DNA of 64,000 nucleotides from an uncultured Gammaproteobacteria bacterium (GTDB taxonomy: Bacteria > Patescibacteriota > Microgenomatia > Daviesbacterales > UBA10151), in the NCBI GenBank assembly GCA_964405655.1, contig CAYOOO010000001.1, forward strand, positions 89,083 to 153,082. The letters are read 5' to 3'. Every line of letters begins with the position of its first letter. Position 1 is the stretch's first letter. The notes below the pieces were generated by a model, which ran no database searches, was not told where the DNA came from, and saw only the letters and a list, made by a program, of their open reading frames with translations. Both the position numbers and the translations under genes were made by a program. Of this stretch, positions 30,792-39,587 are shown in pieces.

Positions 30792-31595
30792 TTATCTTCC
30801 TTCTGATGAATAAGTGACTAACCCTTTTCTCCATACAAACTGAGTTATATAATTAAGAATTATTACCCAAACGGCTGCTTGAATAATTATTCTTAATATT
30901 TCTACCCCGCTGATTTTATTGACAAAAATAGCCACAGGAAAATAGAGTAAATAAGGAAATGGGGTAAACTGAAGTAATGTTTGCAACCAGTCAGGGAGAA
31001 TATCGAGGGGGAATATTCCACCAGCAGTAACCTCAATTATGACTAAGATGAGGAATGCAAAGGGCCAAGTATTTTCAGGTGTCCAAAATGCAACTAACCT
31101 GGAAGATACATTGACAAAATAATAAATAATTGTTGCCAATGCAGCTATTACCAAAAAACCTAGCAAATTAATAAGACTATTTGGTAGTAAAAGATTTGGT
31201 TTAAAAATCCAAATAAGTATTGAAATCTCAACAATAGAAAACATTAAATTAAAAACCTTACTTGATAAGTCTCTGGTAAACCAATATTTTAGGTAATTAA
31301 TTGGTTTAACTAAGTAGTTACTTAAATTACCACTACCAATTTCTCCTCCAATGTTGTCTGCAGAGGGCGAGGATAAAACTATTGCTGAAACTATTAAAAC
31401 CATGAAGACATAGGTAAGCATTTGCTCTTGGGAATATCCAAAGACGCTCCTACTAGATAAAAAAATACTGCTCCAGAGAAAAAAAGTCATTAGAAATCTT
31501 AGGATATTACGGAGTCTCCAAAGTAAAAAATTGACTCTATAGACAAACTCATTTTGCCAAGAAAGAGAAAAAATTGTTATATACTTACTCATCAA
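30792..31595 (-). CDS. ABC-2 family transporter permease (paralog of 33385..34206)
   Basis: 267 aa and polytopic. It resembles the 33385..34206 product in length and topology, and in the C-terminal R-G…Y…G pattern. Confidence 0.6.
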   Translation of the reverse strand: MMSKYITIFSLSWQNEFVYRVNFLLWRLRNILRFLMTFFLWSSIFLSSRSVFGYSQEQMLTYVFMVLIVSAIVLSSPSADNIGGEIGSGNLSNYLVKPINYLKYWFTRDLSSKVFNLMFSIVEISILIWIFKPNLLLPNSLINLLGFLVIAALATIIYYFVNVSSRLVAFWTPENTWPFAFLILVIIEVTAGGIFPLDILPDWLQTLLQFTPFPYLLYFPVAIFVNKISGVEILRIIIQAAVWVIILNYITQFVWRKGLVTYSSEGR

Positions 31596-32587
31596 ACGTT
31601 TTGAGTAGTAAAGACATCACGGATGACATCTTCAATTTGGGCTTCCTCGATGTTCAAATCATCAACTGGAAATTCTTTTAATAACTCGGAGACAGCTTGT
31701 GAGGCCCTGGTTCTTTTGACAGAAAGAACTGCTTGAGGGAAATTATATTCTTGTAGTTTGCCAATTTTTTTAAGTTTCTCTGGATCGATCTCTTTACTAA
31801 AAATTGCAGTAATGACTTTATGATCAGCAAATTTTTTAATGATTGCTTCAAGTTTGCCATCAAAAAGTATTTTTCCCTTATCTATAATAATTACTCTCTC
31901 GCATAACTCTTTAACATCCTCCATGTAGTGACTAGTAAGTATAATAGTAGATGACGTTTTCCTATTGTATTCCTTGATAAAATCTCGCATCTTTTTTTGC
32001 ATAACCACATCCAGGCCAATTGTTGGCTCATCCAAAAATAGAATCTTTGGTGAGTGGAGAAGAGCAGCAATCAATTCCATCTTCATCCTTTGTCCCAAGG
32101 AGAGTTTTCTCACCTGGACTTTTAACAAATCTTCAACTTCTAAAAGCTCAACCAGTTCGTCTAAAGTTTTTTTAAAGTCCTCATTGGATACCTCATAAAT
32201 CTCTTTATTTAAAATAAAGGACTCAATTGCGGGTAAGTCCCACCAAAGTTGATTTTTCTGACCCATCACCAAAGAAAATTGTTTTTGAAATTGGGCTTTT
32301 CTCTCCCAAGGAGTGTAGCCTAACACCTCAACTTCACCCGAGGTAGGATATAAAAGTCCGGATAGAACCTTTAGGGTTGTAGTTTTACCAGCACCATTCG
32401 GTCCAATAAATCCGATTAGCTCTCCCATGCTTATTTGGAAGGAAATGTCGTTAACTGCTTTAACGTCATAATACTGTCTGTTAAATAGCGATTTAACAGA
32501 ACCAATTAAACCTGGTTCTTTTTGGTGAACACGGTAATATTTTTTAAGCTTACTTACTTTAATAACTGGTTGATCATCTCCCGGCAT
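31592..32587 (-). CDS. ABC transporter ATP-binding protein
   Basis: Walker A GPNGAGKTTT, signature LSLGQRMK, and Walker B ILFLDEPTIGLD. It has a C-terminal extension of about 100 aa. Confidence 0.9.
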   Translation of the reverse strand: MPGDDQPVIKVSKLKKYYRVHQKEPGLIGSVKSLFNRQYYDVKAVNDISFQISMGELIGFIGPNGAGKTTTLKVLSGLLYPTSGEVEVLGYTPWERKAQFQKQFSLVMGQKNQLWWDLPAIESFILNKEIYEVSNEDFKKTLDELVELLEVEDLLKVQVRKLSLGQRMKMELIAALLHSPKILFLDEPTIGLDVVMQKKMRDFIKEYNRKTSSTIILTSHYMEDVKELCERVIIIDKGKILFDGKLEAIIKKFADHKVITAIFSKEIDPEKLKKIGKLQEYNFPQAVLSVKRTRASQAVSELLKEFPVDDLNIEEAQIEDVIRDVFTTQNV

Positions 32588-32602
32588 AATATAAATTTTA
32601 AC

Positions 32603-33388
32603 TTACGAGCTAGCTGAAGTGTAGTGGTTAAGTGCAAACTTCCAGAATGAAACTGAGCAAAGAAATAGAATGCTGGCAACAACTATCTCAGCAAAGATTA
32701 ACTCAAAGTTGTTTCTCAAAAAGACTTCTACTGGGACTGAAATTATTAATCCGATCGGGAGTATAAATGTTAGAATAAAGGAAACAGTTTTACCATAAAT
32801 ATTAGTCGGAAATGAGAGAGGAGTTGTCATTATAAAAAAGATACTCCCCAAAGAATAAAAGTTAATAATCCAAATGGATAGTGTTGCCAGCATATAATAG
32901 ATGGAATAAAGAATAACAAAACCACAAATTAGATTAATTAAAAATATTGGTATATTAATAAATAGATGACCAATTGTTAAGCCACCTAGGGCATAACCTA
33001 CCAAAATTAGGCCTGCTAAAACATTGATGAATTCAAATGGTCTGGTTAAGCGAAAGCTTATGAAAAATTGTGAATTAACCGGTTTAGTTAATAAGTAGTC
33101 CAAATCACCCGCTCTAATATAACGTGTTATAAAGGAGATACCGCGGTGAAATAAGCCGTAGAATATCGATAGTATTATTCTGGAAATACCCAACAAAAAC
33201 AGCATTTGATACTTATTCCAGTGATTAAGTTCTTTGGTATAAAGAAAAATTGTATTAACAAAAACTAATGTAATTATTAATGAGATTATTGATCCGATGA
33301 GCGTACCAAATGTATTAATTCGGTTTTCGAGATACCTTTTGGAGGATAACGAAATTAGAGCAATTAAAACTTTTAAGTGCTTTTTCAT
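32603..33388 (-). CDS. ABC-2 family transporter permease
   Basis: 261 aa and polytopic. Its C-terminus HYTSASS matches that of 30011..30790. Confidence 0.6.
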   Translation of the reverse strand: MKKHLKVLIALISLSSKRYLENRINTFGTLIGSIISLIITLVFVNTIFLYTKELNHWNKYQMLFLLGISRIILSIFYGLFHRGISFITRYIRAGDLDYLLTKPVNSQFFISFRLTRPFEFINVLAGLILVGYALGGLTIGHLFINIPIFLINLICGFVILYSIYYMLATLSIWIINFYSLGSIFFIMTTPLSFPTNIYGKTVSFILTFILPIGLIISVPVEVFLRNNFELIFAEIVVASILFLCSVSFWKFALNHYTSASS

Positions 33389-34206
33389 GAGCCATATCCT
33401 TTATAACTTTTTTCAAATCCCCTATAAACTAATTGGTATAACAATAAGCTGATGATTACCCAGGCTATTTCTATTGAGAAACCCTGTATCAATTGTGAGA
33501 CAGTTAATTTGTTAAGCAGAATTTCTATGGGAAAAGATAGAGTATATCTAAAGGGTGTAAACAATGCCAGGGTTGATAAAAAAGAGGGAAAGAAAGCAAG
33601 AGGTATTAGTCTGCCTGCAAATAAGGTATAAGCCAGGTCCATATAACTTTTTAAAAATCCTATATCGTAAAACCAAACAGTCGATAAGCCAATCAATACC
33701 TCAAATAAAAAGACGATGATATAACCCAGGACAACTGATAGTAAAAACATTGAGATTGTTAATGGGTCAAAGTGGAACCTAGTCCAGACTGAAGAGGGCA
33801 CAATAAAAAAAATTACAACCATCGCTAAATTAACTGTGGTGATTTTAAAAACCTTGTCTCCTAAGTTTTCGATCATATATCTAAAAATCACGGGATATGG
33901 TTTAAGTAGGTATGTTGACAGACGGCTATTTAAAACATCCTCGCTAATAAACCAAGATTGCCACATCTCAGTGATAATACCGATATAAATTGCAGCAATA
34001 AAATAGGCGATTAAGTCTAATTGATTATAAGGAAGTTTACTTAAGTTTGAAGTCGCTGACCAAAGAGCCAAACCCATTAGCGGGATAAATGAACTACCAA
34101 AGCTATAGATAATCATATCGCCTCGGTACTCCAACCTATCTAAAAGAGAAAGCTTTAAAAAAGCCCAAAATTTTTTAAATTCTTTCATTGTAAAATAATG
34201 CACCAA
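33385..34206 (-). CDS. ABC-2 family transporter permease
   Basis: 273 aa and polytopic. It is the first gene of a five-gene minus-strand operon with stop/start overlaps. Confidence 0.6.
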   Translation of the reverse strand: MVHYFTMKEFKKFWAFLKLSLLDRLEYRGDMIIYSFGSSFIPLMGLALWSATSNLSKLPYNQLDLIAYFIAAIYIGIITEMWQSWFISEDVLNSRLSTYLLKPYPVIFRYMIENLGDKVFKITTVNLAMVVIFFIVPSSVWTRFHFDPLTISMFLLSVVLGYIIVFLFEVLIGLSTVWFYDIGFLKSYMDLAYTLFAGRLIPLAFFPSFLSTLALFTPFRYTLSFPIEILLNKLTVSQLIQGFSIEIAWVIISLLLYQLVYRGFEKSYKGYGS

Positions 34207-34259
34207 CGTAGATTTTTAATCAAGGAATATTAACTCATTCCTACCTCTTGATATTTATC

Positions 34260-34268
34260 TGATATAAT
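34260..34268 (+). promoter_or_regulatory. Extended -10 (TGaTATAAT) 10 nt upstream of the ATG at 34279
   Basis: tctgatataat is followed by cacttcgttt and then the ATG. Confidence 0.4.
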
Positions 34269-34278
34269 CACTTCGTTT

Positions 34279-35271
34279 ATGAAAATAATAGTGACTGGTG
34301 CTGCTGGATTTATGGGTAGTCATTTATTTGACTATCTTTTAAAAAAAGGACATCAGCTTCTGGGGATTGATAACTACTCAATTGGTGAGTATAAACATCC
34401 CAATATCAAAAAGATTGATGTTGCCAAGGAACCGGTTAAGCTAGCAGCTGCAATTAAAAATTTTAAACCGGATATTTTATTTCATCTGGCTGCTTGGGCT
34501 CATGAAGGATTAAGTCAATTCTCACCGATAAGAATTACTGAGACGAATTATAATGGTTACTTAAACACCCTAGTCCCTTCTATCAGGGCAGGAGTTAAGC
34601 GAGTGGTTGTTTGTTCTTCGATGAGCGTTTATGGAAATCAGAACCCCCCTTTTGATGAAGATATGAGTCGAAAGCCAGTTGATATTTACGCAGTAGCCAA
34701 ATCTGCAATGGAGGAAGCAACTGAGATATTATCTCGTGTGCATGGCTTTGAATACATTATAGTCAGGCCTCATAATGTCTATGGACCCAGACAATCCTTG
34801 TCTGATCCATATCGAAATGTAGTAGCAATTTTTATAAATTGTTTACTTAGAAATAAACCTTTTTATATCTATGGAGATGGTGAAGGCAGACGGGCTTTTA
34901 CTTATATTGATGATTTTACTCCCTATTTAGCAAAAACAGGTTTTATTAGACAAAGCGGCTTGATATTCAATATTGGACCTGAGGAAGACTACAGCATTAA
35001 TGATTTAGCCAAAGAAATTCTAAAACACTTTCATGATGCTCCTAAACCAATTTATCTGCCAGATCGGCCCTTGGAGGTTAAACAGGCATTTTGTACCTCA
35101 GATAAAGCTAAAAAATTCTTAGGCTATAAAACATCAATTAGTTTCTCAGATGGAATTGCTAAGATGGTGAAATGGGCAAAAGAGATTGGGCCAAAAGAGC
35201 CAGCATATTTAAATGAGCTAGAGTTAACCAATCAAGATACCCCCAAAACCTGGAAAGACAAATTAATTTAG
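34279..35271 (+). CDS. NAD-dependent epimerase/dehydratase (short-chain dehydrogenase, nucleotide-sugar modifying)
   Basis: Rossmann motif TGAAGFMGSH and catalytic YxxxK (YAVAKSAME). It is 330 aa. Confidence 0.8.
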   Translation: MKIIVTGAAGFMGSHLFDYLLKKGHQLLGIDNYSIGEYKHPNIKKIDVAKEPVKLAAAIKNFKPDILFHLAAWAHEGLSQFSPIRITETNYNGYLNTLVPSIRAGVKRVVVCSSMSVYGNQNPPFDEDMSRKPVDIYAVAKSAMEEATEILSRVHGFEYIIVRPHNVYGPRQSLSDPYRNVVAIFINCLLRNKPFYIYGDGEGRRAFTYIDDFTPYLAKTGFIRQSGLIFNIGPEEDYSINDLAKEILKHFHDAPKPIYLPDRPLEVKQAFCTSDKAKKFLGYKTSISFSDGIAKMVKWAKEIGPKEPAYLNELELTNQDTPKTWKDKLI

Positions 35272-35324
35272 CTCTCACGATCTTCTTAGTAAAAGTTGAC
35301 AAAGCGTGGATAGTTTTAGTAACC

Positions 35325-36095
35325 TTGCGCTACTGCCTATGTAGGCAGTTTTTAATTATGGCAATTTCAGAAGTTCAAGCAAATTTGGAAAGACTGGCTC
35401 AATCTTACCCTGGAAGACTCTTAATAGTGGGTATTTCAGGAGAAGCTAAAGCTTGGTGGCAGTTTGGGATTGTTATGGGAAGAAGTGCTGGTTCGAGAAA
35501 TAGGATCTTAGAAATGGCTGAAGGTGGAGCTGTAGTTAGAACTGTTGTGTTTAATCCGTCTGAGGAAGCAGGGGAGTCTGATAAGACTATATATAACATG
35601 GTTGTAGATAATGGGCATGATCATATCATTTCTAACGGGCGTCAGTCGGATACTTTCGCCAGAGATTTAAAAGCTGGTCATGATATCTGGCATGCAATGA
35701 GAAGTTTGGACTATGAAGATGATCCAGCGCATACAGCCAGAATTACAGCCATAGTTCAAAGTTCCGGTAGGTTTTTTACTATGTGTAGGGTGTCAATCAA
35801 CCCACTTGATAGCGAAGGTCTCTACGACCCATTTTATGGCCACTATAGAATTGCAGTTCCCAAACCAGGATATGGATTTGTTATTCAAACCTACACAGGA
35901 GATGGAGGAGTTAAACCGTCAAGGGATGAGCCGTACCCGGTAGCTCTACAAGCTACTTTGGAAGAGGCTGCTGAATTTATCTGGCAAACTCTTGATAAAG
36001 ATAATAGGGTAGCCTTAGTTGCTAAAGAAATAGCTAGAGGTTCTGGACATGCTGTTAGATTTGCTCCTCTTAAAAATGCCAGATTAGGTGACTAA
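35325..36095 (+). CDS. purO: Archaeal-type IMP cyclohydrolase PurO-like protein
   Basis: The YPGRLLIVG… and …YEDDPAHTARITAIV… segments align by eye with the PurO motifs YIGRFLVLG… and …YEKDDYNTPRIAVV…. The more likely start is the ATG at 35358 (MAISEVQ…), because the 35325 start would place the terminator hairpin inside the coding sequence. Confidence 0.55.
   Translation: MRYCLCRQFLIMAISEVQANLERLAQSYPGRLLIVGISGEAKAWWQFGIVMGRSAGSRNRILEMAEGGAVVRTVVFNPSEEAGESDKTIYNMVVDNGHDHIISNGRQSDTFARDLKAGHDIWHAMRSLDYEDDPAHTARITAIVQSSGRFFTMCRVSINPLDSEGLYDPFYGHYRIAVPKPGYGFVIQTYTGDGGVKPSRDEPYPVALQATLEEAAEFIWQTLDKDNRVALVAKEIARGSGHAVRFAPLKNARLGD
35333..35354 (+). terminator. Intrinsic terminator-like hairpin (CTGCCTA-TG-TAGGCAG followed by TTTTT) after the epimerase gene and directly abutting the purO-like start
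   Basis: A perfect 7-bp stem with a 2-nt loop, followed by a T-tract. The ATG at 35358 is 3 nt downstream. Confidence 0.45.
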
Positions 36096-36097
36096 AT

Positions 36098-36577
36098 TTG
36101 TATAATATCTCCATGATCAAAGTTTTGCTTTTGGATTTTTCAAGAGTTTTACTGCATCCTAAAGATAAAAGTTATCAAGGAGGTTTAAATGATCTTCATA
36201 AAAAGTTATCCCGAGATTCTAGTTATAAAATCTTTGACCATTTTGAGTTAAATGAAGAGCTTATCAAGTTCCTATCAAAACTTAGAGAAAGATTTTATTT
36301 GTGTATTTTTACAACAGAGCTTATCCAAGAAGACCCTGCGATCCAAGAAAAGATAAAACCAATCTTTGATAAGGTCTATTCTGCAAAGTATTTAGGCTTT
36401 GGTAAAACAAACAGTAAATCTTATAAACTAATCCTAAAAGATTTAAAAGCTTTACCTGAGGAAGTCTTTTTTATAGATGATACAATGGAAAATTTAAAAG
36501 CTGCTCAACAAGCTGGCCTTCAGGCCTACAAATACAGTTCAAATCAAGAAGTTTTTCAATTAATAGAAAGATTGTAA
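36098..36577 (+). CDS. HAD-superfamily hydrolase-like protein
   Basis: Motif I-like VLLLDFSRVL (DxS rather than DxD) and motif IV FFIDDTMENL. It is 159 aa. Confidence 0.45.
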   Translation: MYNISMIKVLLLDFSRVLLHPKDKSYQGGLNDLHKKLSRDSSYKIFDHFELNEELIKFLSKLRERFYLCIFTTELIQEDPAIQEKIKPIFDKVYSAKYLGFGKTNSKSYKLILKDLKALPEEVFFIDDTMENLKAAQQAGLQAYKYSSNQEVFQLIERL

Positions 36578-36630
36578 GATATTTAATATTTGCTATATTG
36601 GTAATAAAGAAAGTATATTTAATTTAGAAA

Positions 36631-37140
36631 ATGGAAGAACTGATTAATGGAATTATCTCGATCCCCTTTATTAGCCAGCTGGCAAACCTCCACGGTCTAT
36701 TAGCAATGCTTTCCTTGGTGTTTTTTGGATCAAGCTTTGCCCTATATTTTTTTAGTAACAAAATTAAGGATTCAATTAGATGGTTGAAACTTACACTGGC
36801 AGCCTTATTTACTGTTTTGGTTTTGCTTGACCTTATGGGTCTAATTATTTACGTTCCTTATCGAAGTGTTGGAGGAGCTAAGTCTTTATTAGTTGCTTCC
36901 AAAGACACAGCTTGGTTGCATGAAATAATATTTGAACATAAAGAGTTTTTAGCTTATGCCCCACCTCTTTTAATTTTTTCAGCCCTTTTTATAGTCTTAA
37001 AGCTAGGTGATTCATTTACAGATAATCAAAAATATCGCTATTTAAGATTAGCCGTGATAAATTCATCAGTGTTAGCTTTGATATTTGTCTTAGTTGTAGC
37101 AGCGGAAGCAGTATTAGTTACCAAAGCTGCGCCTTTATGA
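36631..37140 (+). CDS. Hypothetical integral membrane protein (4 TM)
   Basis: Hydrophobic segments only. No motif was recognised. Confidence 0.3.
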   Translation: MEELINGIISIPFISQLANLHGLLAMLSLVFFGSSFALYFFSNKIKDSIRWLKLTLAALFTVLVLLDLMGLIIYVPYRSVGGAKSLLVASKDTAWLHEIIFEHKEFLAYAPPLLIFSALFIVLKLGDSFTDNQKYRYLRLAVINSSVLALIFVLVVAAEAVLVTKAAPL

Positions 37141-37457
37141 AAGATCAAGATCTGACAGATTCTAATTCAGTTCTCTGGGCAACCTCGGCTAGCTTAAATT
37201 TTTTTTGGGTATTAAATATTTTTAAAGAAAGTTTTAAGGATGTTAAAAACTTTTTAAACTTTTATCCACCCACAGGGCCACTTTTAGGGCTATTCACTTT
37301 TTCTATATTTGTATTTATTGTCGTGCTCTTTGGCTTAAAATTAATTAGGATAAGAAATCAGAAATTTTCTTTTTGGGCAATATTAATCTCATCCATTTTG
37401 TTTTTAATAATGGTTTTCCCGCCAGTCTTTAAAATAATAGTTGATCAACTAAAATAA
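37137..37457 (+). CDS. Hypothetical small membrane protein (3 TM)
   Basis: Its ATGA overlaps the upstream gene. Hydrophobic. Confidence 0.3.
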   Translation: MKDQDLTDSNSVLWATSASLNFFWVLNIFKESFKDVKNFLNFYPPTGPLLGLFTFSIFVFIVVLFGLKLIRIRNQKFSFWAILISSILFLIMVFPPVFKIIVDQLK

Positions 37458-37468
37458 CACTCACTATA

Positions 37469-38590
37469 ATGCCAGAAGGTTCTCCAATATCCTACTCATC
37501 AACAGGAGTTGATTATGAGAAGATTGATCCTTTAAAGCGAATGGCTCAACTGACAGCCAGAAGTACTACTGGGAATTTAGCAGATTTAGGGTTTGGGGAA
37601 GTTGAAGCGAGTAGAGGCGAATCAGCTCATGTTATAGATGTTGGACCCTTTTACTTGGCAACAGTTATTGAAGGACTGGGCACTAAAAACTTGGTAGCTG
37701 ATGCGCTTAGGCTAACTGATGGACCCAGTTTTTATAACAACGTGGCTCAAGATACTGTGGCTATGATTGTTAATGATTTGATTACTGTGGGAGCCAGGCC
37801 CTTGGTAGTTAGCGCTTACTGGGCAGCTGGCAGTGATGATTGGTTTGAAGACAAAAGAAGGATGAAAGATTTGGCAGAGGGTTGGGCAGCCGCTTGCAAT
37901 AAAGCAGGGGCGATTTATGGTGGAGGTGAAACTCCTGTACTTAAAGGTATCACTACCTCTGGGATTGTTGATTTAGCTGGAGCTGCCGTAGGAATAATTC
38001 AGCCTAAATCCAGATTGACACTAGGGGACAAATTAACAGAGGGTGATAGAATTTTACTAGCTCCCAGTTCTGGAATCCATGCTAATGGATTAACTTTGGC
38101 CAGAAGGATCGCTTCAAATCTTCCTGATGGGTATAATAGCCGCTTAAGCGATAACAGAACTTTTGGCGAAGCACTTTTAGAACCAACTCCAATTTATGCA
38201 CCGCTTGTGAAAGAACTTTTTGATGGGGGGGTTGATATTCATTACATGGTTAATATTACAGGGCATGGCTTCAGAAAGTTAATGCGGGCCAGGCAGGATT
38301 TCCGTTATGTTTTAGAAAAGATTCCAACACCGCAAGCTGAATTTGATTTTATTAGAAAACACTCAAGACTTAGTCTAGAAGAGATGTATGGCACATTTAA
38401 CATGGGGGCAGGTTTTGCTTTTTTTGTGGCTGAAGGTTCTGTTGACCGGGCAATAGAGGTTGCCAAAGGATCACAAGGTATAGATTTATTAAACGCAGGC
38501 TATGTTGAGAATTCTGCTAAGAATTCTCAGGAAGTATTTATCAAACCACTAGACATACGCTTCAGCGATAATTCTTTAGGAGTTAGATAA
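37469..38590 (+). CDS. PurM-like (AIR synthase-related) protein
   Basis: N-terminal YSSTGVDYEKIDPLKR and …DLGFGEV…IDVGPFYLATVIEGLGTKNLVA resemble the PurM N-domain (YKDAGVDI…; GGFGG…DGVGTK). A C-terminal PurM-C-like domain is present. Confidence 0.55.
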   Translation: MPEGSPISYSSTGVDYEKIDPLKRMAQLTARSTTGNLADLGFGEVEASRGESAHVIDVGPFYLATVIEGLGTKNLVADALRLTDGPSFYNNVAQDTVAMIVNDLITVGARPLVVSAYWAAGSDDWFEDKRRMKDLAEGWAAACNKAGAIYGGGETPVLKGITTSGIVDLAGAAVGIIQPKSRLTLGDKLTEGDRILLAPSSGIHANGLTLARRIASNLPDGYNSRLSDNRTFGEALLEPTPIYAPLVKELFDGGVDIHYMVNITGHGFRKLMRARQDFRYVLEKIPTPQAEFDFIRKHSRLSLEEMYGTFNMGAGFAFFVAEGSVDRAIEVAKGSQGIDLLNAGYVENSAKNSQEVFIKPLDIRFSDNSLGVR

Positions 38591-38659
38591 TAATCTTAGA
38601 ACATCGTGACTAAAATACCTACTTGTTAATTATCCCATAGTTGATAATACCGAGACATT

Positions 38660-38668
38660 TGATATAAT
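38660..38668 (+). promoter_or_regulatory. Extended -10 (TGaTATAAT) 6 nt upstream of the ATG at 38675
   Basis: catttgatataat is followed by cctctt and then the ATG. The transcript is probably leaderless. Confidence 0.4.
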
Positions 38669-38674
38669 CCTCTT

Positions 38675-39193
38675 ATGGCTTTAGAGAGTTGGGTACAAAA
38701 AGTTATTTCAATGCCTGGTGAATTTAGGAGAGCTACATTTTATCAAACTGAACTTCAGGCAGTTGTTGGGACTCCCGAGGCTAATTATCGTATGCTAGCA
38801 GTTTTTGATAATGACGGATATGGATTAGAACCTGGAGTATATGTTCAAACTAACTTAACTACTGAGGGGGTAAATAGTTTACCTCATGTTAGGAGAAGAA
38901 TTTCCCAGCAAGTTTGCCTAGCTTTAATGGATGATAGTGAACCAACACCAGTGAATCCTGAAATTACTGGGTTGCCTGTAGTAGACAATAGAAACGCAAT
39001 TATAATGGAAGTAGTTGCAGAAACAGCCTCAGGAGGAATTGTTTATAAAGTATTTAGCGCTCAAAATGGGGAAAAACCTACGCCCTTAAGCGATGCATTA
39101 AAAGGCAGAAGCAGACAAGCTTACTCTATAACCCCTTTAACCCGTTTCGGTAGTTTCCTAGATAGAATCCGCCGTGGTAGATTTTATAAATAA
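38675..39193 (+). CDS. Hypothetical protein (172 aa, soluble)
   Basis: An ORF with its own extended -10. No recognisable motif. It is the last gene of the purO/purM-like island. Confidence 0.3.
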   Translation: MALESWVQKVISMPGEFRRATFYQTELQAVVGTPEANYRMLAVFDNDGYGLEPGVYVQTNLTTEGVNSLPHVRRRISQQVCLALMDDSEPTPVNPEITGLPVVDNRNAIIMEVVAETASGGIVYKVFSAQNGEKPTPLSDALKGRSRQAYSITPLTRFGSFLDRIRRGRFYK

Positions 39194-39212
39194 ATGGTGG
39201 CAATTTTGTAAG

Positions 39213-39284
39213 TGACCCGCCTGGGATTCGAACCCAGAACCAATAGCTTAAAAGGCTACTGCTCTACCATTGAGCTAGCGGGCC
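39213..39284 (-). tRNA. tRNA-Lys (anticodon UUU)
   Basis: Reverse complement: GGCCCGC-TA-GCTC…GAGC-A-GTAGC-CTTTTAA-GCTAT-TGGTT-CTGGG-TTCGAAT-CCCAG-GCGGGTC-A. Confidence 0.85.
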
Positions 39285-39535
39285 ATGTATTTACTTTTTA
39301 CAAAACTTCTCCCTCTTGAAGACTTTAATTGCTTTTCTCTTAGAAGCGCTTCAAATCTTGTATTATATTCTTCTTTGTAAACTAGTTTCCACTCTCCCGA
39401 ATTTATTTTTGTAAAAGACCTATGTTTGGATCTCAAGCTATCATTGTGCCTATCTAATCTTTTTAATAGATCCGCGGTTTGACCAATATATAATTTATTC
39501 CTTTGTCTATTGTGTAAAACATAAACTATAAACAT
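39275..39535 (-). CDS. Small GIY-YIG nuclease-family protein (YhbQ/UPF0213-like)
   Basis: 86 aa with the pattern VYVL…NKLYIGQTADLLKRLDRHN…E…K typical of stand-alone GIY-YIG domains. Its last codons and stop are encoded by the 5' end of tRNA-Lys. Confidence 0.6.
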   Translation of the reverse strand: MFIVYVLHNRQRNKLYIGQTADLLKRLDRHNDSLRSKHRSFTKINSGEWKLVYKEEYNTRFEALLREKQLKSSRGRSFVKSKYMAR

Positions 39536-39536
39536 T

Positions 39537-39587
39537 TTAGCTTAAAAGTCCGTCAGCCGACGGATCTAACCATTGAGCTAGCGGGCC
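39537..39587 (-). pseudogene. Degenerate partial copy of the 5' half of tRNA-Lys(UUU), covering the acceptor 5' strand, D-arm and anticodon loop
   Basis: The 19-nt ACCATTGAGCTAGCGGGCC and the 10-nt AGCTTAAAAG are identical to the intact tRNA. The anticodon-stem 5' strand is replaced by the palindrome TCCGTC-GGCT-GACGGA. No 3' half is present. Confidence 0.5.

Noticed and set aside
37462-37470. TATAAT hexamer overlapping the start codon of the PurM-like gene, which would suggest a downstream start at Met25
   Set aside because: The N-terminal …SYSSTGVDYEKID… segment is the conserved PurM N-terminus and must be translated. The hexamer is more likely fortuitous, and the gene is co-transcribed with the upstream membrane-protein genes.
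35325-39193. Compositional (GC) island at the purO/purM-like region as evidence of horizontal transfer
   Set aside because: By-eye GC of 40-45% is within the range of other core genes here (for example ftsZ at about 55% locally, versus membrane genes below 25%). No defensible anomaly can be claimed without computing windowed GC and codon usage.
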